Source of the DNA: Amoebophrya sp. A120
Lineage: Eukaryota; Protista; Dinoflagellata
DNA: 64,000 bases
Direction: 5' to 3'
Assembly (NCBI GenBank): GCA_905178155.1
Contig: CAJINV010000001.1
Coordinates: 1,433,363-1,497,362 of the forward strand
Below are positions 60,694 through 64,000 of this stretch, piece by piece. Under the pieces are notes generated by a model that made no database searches, was not told the DNA's origin, and saw nothing but the letters and a program-made list of their open reading frames with translations. A program made the translations under genes and the position numbers. Numbering within the stretch: the first letter of the stretch is position 1; each line of letters begins with the position of its first letter.

Positions 60694-60908
60694 ATATGTA
60701 ATCCCCTACATTTCGCTCATTCTCACCTCGAAGACTGATGGTGATAAGTTTGGCATGTCGCGTAGAGCTACTACTGGCAGATAAAGGCATTACCCGCTTC
60801 ATTTGTGCTAGTGTGGTCTAGAATTTTGCGGACGCGAGTATCCATTTGTTGTCAAGTGGAATATTTTTCTCTTTGTCTGTTCTGAAAAGAAAGAGAAGCA
60901 AACGCAAG

Positions 60909-63900
60909 ATGGCAGACATGTCTCAGGGTGCTGTTGGGGGAGGTGGTGCGGCTGGTGCGATCCGTCGACTGAATCGCGAATTGAAAGAAATCAATCAGAA
61001 CCCATCAAAGGTACTTAATGTGAATTTAGTATAGTATCTATGTACTTCCTCGTGCTTTAATATTCTCAGTGCAGTGTTTGTTTTCTATTGATTTCTTTTC
61101 CTGTGATGTCTGTCACACCGTTGCCTTGTCTTTGTCATGCGAATTGACGTATACGAAGCCGGTTACCAAAAACAAAAAAACAGTTCTGGACGGCCGAACC
61201 TGCAAATGACGATTTGTTCGAGTGGCATTTTACGCTCAAGGGTCCTGCAGGTACTTACCTGTTGATTTGGATTTTTCTACTGTTTTTTTGTGAAAGGAAA
61301 AGAAAGCTACTTGTGAATTTCTTCTCGACGAGTTGCGTAAGCGTAGTTCGCTCCGGCTGCGGAGGTGTGATGTACTTGAACTTGTATTTTTGCTTGGATT
61401 TTGCATGATCGCAATATTTCTTGATTTGAAACGAAACCGAGGCTGCTGAAATGGTAATCGAGCATTAATTTTCGCTTTACTCTACAGGCAGCGACTTTGA
61501 GAAGGGAATCTACCACGGCAGGATAGTGCTCCCACTGAACTACCCCTTCGCGCCCCCAGCGATCTACCTTTTGACCCCGAATGGGCGGTTTCAGACGAAC
61601 AAGAAGATTTGCCTCTCCATCTCCAATTACCATCCGGAGCTGTGGTATGGAAGCGTCAGGTTTGAAATAGACAAAGTTGAAATGATTTGTCATGCATAAA
61701 ATGCAAGGCATAAAGTGCCTGTCTTGCCGGGATGGCAAGTGAGGCCGATCGTCAGCCTGTTTAGGGTTTGAAATAGAGCTGCTAAAGTGGCATGACCAGA
61801 GCAGTCGTCTGTGCCCAAATAGCATGACAAATCGGATTCCAGTGCTCGGAAAATTTGCCATGCACCGCTTAGAAATAGGGCTTCCAACTGTTATCGATTT
61901 TATGCATCGCAAATTATTTCAACTTTGACGATTTCAATCCTGACGCTTCCATATGTGGCAACCCGCCTGGGGCCTGCGCACCATGATTGAAGCACTGCGG
62001 AGCTTTTTTCCCAGTCCGCCGGACGGCGCACTTGGTATCGTAGTAATTTTGTCGTGCTAAGTGTTCATATTTGATGTGGAGGTCGTGGAGTGACAGTTAC
62101 TTACACATGATCTCCAGTTCAGAACGAACAATTCGAATTTGCATGGACGTTGGCCGCGACCAATAAAAGCAAAACTACAATTCCAAGCCACTCACAGCAC
62201 GTCTTACACTACAACTACAATACAGGTTATCAAAAGAAAAAAGTTCGTCATGATCACTCATGGGCATTTTTGCAATACAAGAAATGCTTGTCATGCGTAA
62301 AAGTGCATCACAGTTAAACTTCATACGGGATTTCCCTTAGTGTTTCTGCAATACAAGGAAAAGCTGCGATGCTAAAAAAATTTGTAATGCAAAGCCTCCA
62401 AGTTAGTGACTATGACAAACTTTTTTCTCTCCATACAGGTGCTTTAAACTACCCGTCCGAGACTCGACGCAGAATCGCGGAGAAGGAGACCCGGCAGTGG
62501 CGCTGCGAGGTGTGTTATCGCAAGAAAAAACTGTTTCACTGTGAACTTGTGATGCAGAAAACGAAACACCAAAGTGTTTGTCTTGCTACACCTGCAAGAC
62601 GTTGGATTGTCAAGCGTGTTTTCCCTTGGGAAGCGCGCATGGAAAATTTTCTGTGTCATGTGTAACAAACTTGTGATGCAAAACTTGCAAAATCATCACA
62701 GTGAAACAGTTTTTTCGTGGGATATGTGTGAGAAGACAAACGAGGAACTTCTGCCACTTTGCGACGAAGTGGAGGAGGAGCCAGTAGTGGCCGCATCAAG
62801 TAGCTCCTCTACTTCTGCTTCGAGCCCGGAAAAAAAGGACGAGAAGGTGGAATCGAAGCCTGCTGCGGAGAAGGATAAGGAAACTGTGAACAAGGCAGAG
62901 GGGCGGGACGAAGAGGACAACAAGAAACCTGAAGGCGAAAAGCCAACAAGCGGCATACCAGCTGACGGCAGTAAAAAGCCAGCAGCTCCTCCCGCCGCCG
63001 CGACGACCGCAACTGACCAATCTACAACAGGCAGTTCGGAAGAGGCAGACGAGGCGACGAAAACGTCAACATCGAATGCGAAAACTGCGGCATCAAATCT
63101 GGTGCATCCCAAAGCGACACCGACAGCAGCTACTACAACAGCCGCAAATACAACTGGACAGAATAAAGCCCCAGAGCCCGATACGGACGACGAATTTGTT
63201 AGTCCTGCCGACGACAACCGAAATTCGCCGTACGGGGTGCAGTCCTCTCCCTTCGGCCCCTCGGTGTTTCCCGACCGGAAAGAGCTGAAGCAAGCACCTA
63301 CAAGTAGTCCGAAGGCCGCCCTCTCGGCTCCCTCAACGACCTCCGGAGAAGTAGTACCCCCGAACAAAAGCGGCGGAAAGGAACAACCACCTGCTGGGTC
63401 GACGGCCCCTCCAGCACCTTCTGCCAGTAGTGCGCCCGCAGCGGCGACGAGGTCTACTACTTTCACACCGGGTCTTCCTTCTTCTTTCGCGAAGTCAAAA
63501 CCCCAAGAATCCAAGGCCGCGGCATCATCAGCAGGAGCTGCCCCAAAAGGTGCCGCAATTACATCTGCACCGAATTATAGTAGCTCTTCCTCGTCCTCCC
63601 AACTCGGAAATAAAAGTAACAAACCCACCCCCGCCAGCAGCACGACGACCACAGGAGCTGCACCAGCTAGTACTTCTACTACACCAAAAGCGACAATCAA
63701 GAACCCGAAAGTGGGCATTTCCAAGAGCGGCCCACCACCCCTTTCCTCCAAATACATCCCCCCGACCGCGGCAGAATTGGCGAAAAGGCACGGAGTCTCG
63801 GAAGAGAAGGCGGCGAAGGTCAAGATGCCAACGGAGGAGGAAATCGAAGAGAAACTGAAGGAATACCGGGACTTTATCAAGAGTCAGCGCGATGAGCAAA

Positions 63901-64000
63901 CCGCGGAAGAGGAGAAAAAGAAGAAGCAGCCGGTGGCCGCGCAAAGGAACATTTTGAGGGAACTCTTGCCCGACAAATCGCCCGTGTTGGTGTTGGACGG
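60909..64000 (+). CDS. Ubiquitin-conjugating enzyme E2, Ubc6/UBE2J1-like, with long low-complexity tail; runs off the window
   Basis: LFEWHFTLKGP, YHGRIVLPLNYPFAPP and LTPNGRF..KKICLSISNYHPELWQPAW after splicing. Confidence 0.92.
61646..61953. mobile_element. Introner, family D
   Basis: Family TIR; TSD TGTGG. Confidence 0.92.
62228..62435. mobile_element. Introner-type element at a splice acceptor, family J
   Basis: TAT...AGAAAAAAGTT.GTCAT TIR; TSD CAGGT. Confidence 0.85.
62516..62724. mobile_element. Introner, family G
   Basis: Family TIR; TSD TGTGT. Confidence 0.9.

Overview
Eukaryotic, gene-dense DNA. The intron architecture strongly suggests the parasitic dinoflagellate Amoebophrya (inference from its known inverted-repeat introner introns). 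Host genes, all on +: a small PLAT-like protein, a DHX36/DHX57-type DEAH RNA helicase, a polycystin-2 (TRPP) channel, a bacterial-type IolB isomerase, a HEATR6-like protein and a Ubc6/UBE2J-type E2 enzyme. They are interrupted by about 43 short TIR elements in roughly 10 families. These share TAT...ATA termini, 5-bp target-site duplications (TSDs) and a repeated GCATNACA motif, and must be spliced out as non-canonical introns. Main find: an 11,759-bp element (21467-33225) inside a 12-kb GT-AG intron of the channel gene. It has the same TAT...ATA ends, a perfect 5-bp TSD (ATGCT) and about 150-bp composite TIRs. It carries three multi-exon genes: a large, divergent protein with hAT-like DDE motifs, a tandem PD-(D/E)XK-like nuclease and an unknown protein. 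It is a candidate autonomous mobiliser of the introners. Also present: a 5'-truncated non-LTR retrotransposon fragment, telomere-repeat and palindrome mini-elements, and nested insertions. All calls were made by eye, with no database searches.
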